Positions 61,218 through 64,000 of a stretch of DNA of 64,000 nt are shown here, in pieces. Source of the stretch: Saccharolobus solfataricus P2 (GTDB taxonomy: Archaea; Thermoproteota; Thermoprotei_A; Sulfolobales; Sulfolobaceae); NCBI RefSeq assembly GCF_000007005.1, contig NC_002754.1; one strand, written 5' to 3'. Within the stretch, counting starts at the first letter, position 1, and every line of letters begins with the position of its first letter. The notes under the pieces were generated by a model. The model searched no databases and was not told the DNA's origin. It worked only from the letters and a program-made list of their open reading frames with translations. The position numbers were made by a program, and so were the translations under genes.

Positions 61218-62409
61218 GATACTCCCAAAAATCACCTCCTTAAAAATAAACCTATAGTATTAGTAAGCGTTTCCTCCAATTTATTTAAATAAATCTCTAT
61301 CTCAGATATATTTTCAATAATTTTTGAAATTAGTGATTTGAAAGTCCTCATTTTCACGTTATCCTTGAGGGTAGTGTACAAGGAGTAAACGAGCACGTCA
61401 AGTAAGAAGATTAACATGCGGAAAATGAACTTTGTTGAACACGTAAAGGGGAGGAACGATTTAACACTCCTATAAGACGTTTCTATCGGATTCCTCACCT
61501 TGTTACTCCAAGACCTTATTCTTGGGTAAATCGAGATTTGTAGCCCTGGCGAAGTAAACAACCTCCTTCTTTTCCTCTTGATCTTCTCCCTACGATACAC
61601 GATCAGCCTAAATTTAACCTGCTCATCCTTACTATGCCTCTTACTATTCGTAACATATTCACCATCAAACTCCTCGTAGATCTTGACATCATCAACGGGA
61701 ACTCCAATAATGTAGTTGAACTGGGATATGAATTTTATCACCTCAACCGTGTAAAATCCTGCATCAAGTGCTATCAGTTTAATCCTAAATCCCATTGCAA
61801 CCACTTGTTCAATCAAGATCTTGACAATCTCATCCTTTGTCATTAACTTGCGGTATGAAGGCGAGTATGAGGATTTTTACCTCGTATTTCGTCGTTGTTG
61901 CGTAGTTCCACGAGTATCCCTTTTCTGAGCTTCCCAAACCTTCTACAAGTTTTCCGTACCAGCTTGTCCAATCTAATGATAGATCCATCTCCTCCACGCC
62001 CTTAAGCGTTTCGAGTGAGATTTGTTTCACTTATTCCAGTATTTTTTCCGCTACTTGTAATCCTTGTTCTTCAACGTAATTCCTCACTGTTTGTGGTGAT
62101 ACGTTGTAAGCTTTGGAAACGTTTTTCCACTGAATCGTTGTGTAATGATGTCGAGACCAAGGTTTTTGTAGCTTCCTCTCCCTTCCTCCCGTGGAAGTTA
62201 ATCATGGAAAGTAATTTATACACTATTTGTTGAATGTTTAATGAGGGAATTGGCATACCGTAAACCCTTATGGTAATACCGATTTTCTCGCTTTAAACCT
62301 TTTTTTTCCAATTTATTGGATTCTTAATGTTGTTATAAATTTGGTTATGTTCAACAAATTTAATATTGCTCAATCAGAATTATTTTTGTAAGATGATTTT
62401 GGGAATACC
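61218..62409 (-). pseudogene. Decayed ISH3-family IS (ISC1200/ISC1225-like) with frameshifted DDE transposase
   Basis: The transposase is split over 62256-62071, 62030-61830 and 61843-61232 (LSMINFHGRKGEE, LDWTSWYGK, LIALDAGFY, RNPIETSYR). Imperfect IR GATACTCCCAAAAATCACC (61218) versus GGTATTCCCAAAATCATC (reverse complement of 62392-62409). Exact IS name not verified. Confidence 0.8.
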
Positions 62410-62549
62410 GAGAAGGGGCGAGACTTTCAACATTTTGTAAGTCAGCATAGGGATCTCATTTTTAGTGAAAATTATGGAATGAATCAAACGTATTAAAAAA
62501 TGAAATTCCCATGGTGAGATGAAGGAAAAAGTTTGTATATATATTGAAG

Positions 62550-62695
62550 TTCTAGTCTATATCAAGGTGAGCTACTCCCTCATAAATGAGGGAGCTTCCT
62601 ACTTCACAGCTCTGCCATGCCAGTACCGAAGTGCTGGTACTGGTAGAGGGCGGAGCTCCACAGGCACTAAGGATCGCTCCGACCCCGATCCACGT
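62550..62695 (-). ncRNA. Predicted omega-RNA of TnpB copy 2 (guide CTTGATATAGACTAGAA)
   Basis: Same scaffold as copy 1, with a perfect right-end hairpin CTCCCTCAT/ATGAGGGAG. Boundaries are approximate. Confidence 0.65.
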
Positions 62696-63892
62696 AAGAT
62701 GTTAAGAGAAGCATTATAGTCACGATCTGCAATCCAACCACAGTTGGAACAAACGAAAACACGATCAGATAGAGACAGATCTTCTTTTACGTACCCGCAC
62801 CTAGCACAAGTTTTGGAAGTGTATGCTGGGTTGACCAGGATGAGTTTCTTACCGTATTTCTCCAACTGATACTTAATCAAATCTCTAAGCTCGCTGAACG
62901 CGACGTCACTCAATCTCCTCCTCAGAGACCTTAATGACTTACCTATCAACTGCTTAACATGAATGTCCTCCATCACCACAACGTCATAATGCTCAGCAAA
63001 CCACTTACCCAACTTCATGTAAAGATCCGTTCTTAGATTCTTCAAATGCTCATAAGCCCTAGCAAGCTTAACCTTAGCCTTAAACCAATTATTAGAGAGG
63101 AATTTCTTCCTTGAAAGTTCTCTGTGTAGATGCTTCACTTTCCATAACGCCTTTTCAAGAGGTCTCAAATTAGGAAAATACTCACTATCTGACGTTACTA
63201 ACAACTTTTCTACACCAACATCTATCGCCACTACCTTACCAGTGTTAGGTAACTTGGGGAATTCGTAACCTTCTACTACGAAAGTGATGTAAATCCTCTC
63301 AGATCTTGTTAGCTTCACTACTACCCTCTTTACTTTGTCAAGGGGAAAGTCTCGGTGAACTATTACCTTGAACACACCTAGATTTGATAGTTTAAGCGTT
63401 ATTAGTTTCTTCTTGCTTCCTTTTCTTATTTCTCTAACTTGAAGTATTTTCCAACCATACTGGGGATAGACTAGGGAGTAGTATTTGTGAGGTTTCTTTT
63501 CTTTCGGGAAACGTGCTAAACCTTCGAAAAACCTCTGTCTAGCTTCGTAGTAACGGTCAGCTATTTGTTGAACTACTTGCGAGTAGACTTGCTTATACTC
63601 ATCATCTTGTTTTCTCAGATCTAGAGCCAACTGTCTTAACTCAGTTTGTGTTAGTCCTTTCCCATCCCTCTGATAGAAATAGATGTCTGCCCACCTTAAG
63701 GTGTTATATACCTCACATGCTAACTTCAACTGGGCCTTTAACGCCCTAAGGGTTTGTTCGTCAGTGTGTGCACGGAAGCGAAACCCTAAGGTGGGCATTG
63801 ATGTGTATTTCGTTATTTTCCTATTTTTAACTTTTCTACAAAGGGATCCATCTCAAAGAGAAGTTTTCCGCCCTCTTTGAACCCCCGTCTGT
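62567..63892 (-). mobile_element. IS200/IS605-family tnpB-only (ISC1316-like) element, copy 2, inverted relative to copy 1
   Basis: Shares ends with copy 1 (TTATA|ACAGACGGGGG ... AGCTCAC) and is 6 bp longer (two extra codons). Confidence 0.9.
62599..63798 (-). CDS. tnpB: TnpB RNA-guided nuclease, intact
   Basis: 399 aa with an ATG start. RuvC D-E-D triad and zinc finger are intact. Confidence 0.93.
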   Translation of the reverse strand: MPTLGFRFRAHTDEQTLRALKAQLKLACEVYNTLRWADIYFYQRDGKGLTQTELRQLALDLRKQDDEYKQVYSQVVQQIADRYYEARQRFFEGLARFPKEKKPHKYYSLVYPQYGWKILQVREIRKGSKKKLITLKLSNLGVFKVIVHRDFPLDKVKRVVVKLTRSERIYITFVVEGYEFPKLPNTGKVVAIDVGVEKLLVTSDSEYFPNLRPLEKALWKVKHLHRELSRKKFLSNNWFKAKVKLARAYEHLKNLRTDLYMKLGKWFAEHYDVVVMEDIHVKQLIGKSLRSLRRRLSDVAFSELRDLIKYQLEKYGKKLILVNPAYTSKTCARCGYVKEDLSLSDRVFVCSNCGWIADRDYNASLNILRGSGSERSLVPVELRPLPVPALRYWHGRAVK

Positions 63893-64000
63893 TATAATTC
63901 TCCTAGGGGCTCTCCCTCTGCATTATCAACGAGTGCTGAAGCGAGCGTTTTAGCAATTGTTACTGTCTGGTGAGTGTGGACTGCAATTTCGTTCATTTGA
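63892..64000 (-). CDS. 3' end of an unidentified gene entering from outside the window, terminating at the IS junction
   Basis: Open frame QMNEIAVHTHQTVTIAKTLASALVDNAEGEPLGEL*, whose TAA spans the TTATA|A junction. Confidence 0.45.
   Translation of the reverse strand, partial: QMNEIAVHTHQTVTIAKTLASALVDNAEGEPLGEL

Noticed and set aside
59144-63892. Composite transposon carrying vapBC
   Set aside because: IS200/IS605 excision needs left and right ends on the same strand. These copies are inverted and no tnpA is present in the window.

Overview
This is an AT-rich archaeal chromosomal window. Gene content, codon style and IS types point to Sulfolobales, most likely Saccharolobus (Sulfolobus) solfataricus; that assignment is inferred, not searched. 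Bases 1-56.4 kb are mostly metabolic and housekeeping genes: an amine uptake/catabolism cluster, UDG, beta-CA-like protein, AbfD, two GH15 and two GT4 enzymes, Nre plus radical SAM, a ferritin-like/encapsulin fusion, a wHTH plus ATPase pair, a four-subunit 2-oxoacid:ferredoxin oxidoreductase, a Mo-hydroxylase large subunit, ACAD/ETF/FixCX, TrxB, MscS and CodA. Bases 56.6-64 kb form a mobile island around tRNA-Thr(GGT) with an MNT-HEPN pair, vapBC, two inverted tnpB-only IS200/IS605 elements and a decayed ISH3-family IS. Three unannotated structures stand out. (1) A perfect 154-bp inverted repeat brackets the MNT-HEPN module, and a third diverged 27-bp copy of its end lies nearby. (2) Transposase-less mini-elements appear to keep a TnpB omega-RNA-like scaffold: one ~322-bp SMN1-like element and a 300-bp element present twice (298/300 identical), alongside catalytically intact TnpB genes, one of which has lost its ATG. 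(3) A tandem pair of perfect 16-bp palindromes sits directly before an ATPase-wHTH gene. No CRISPR array or rRNA was seen.
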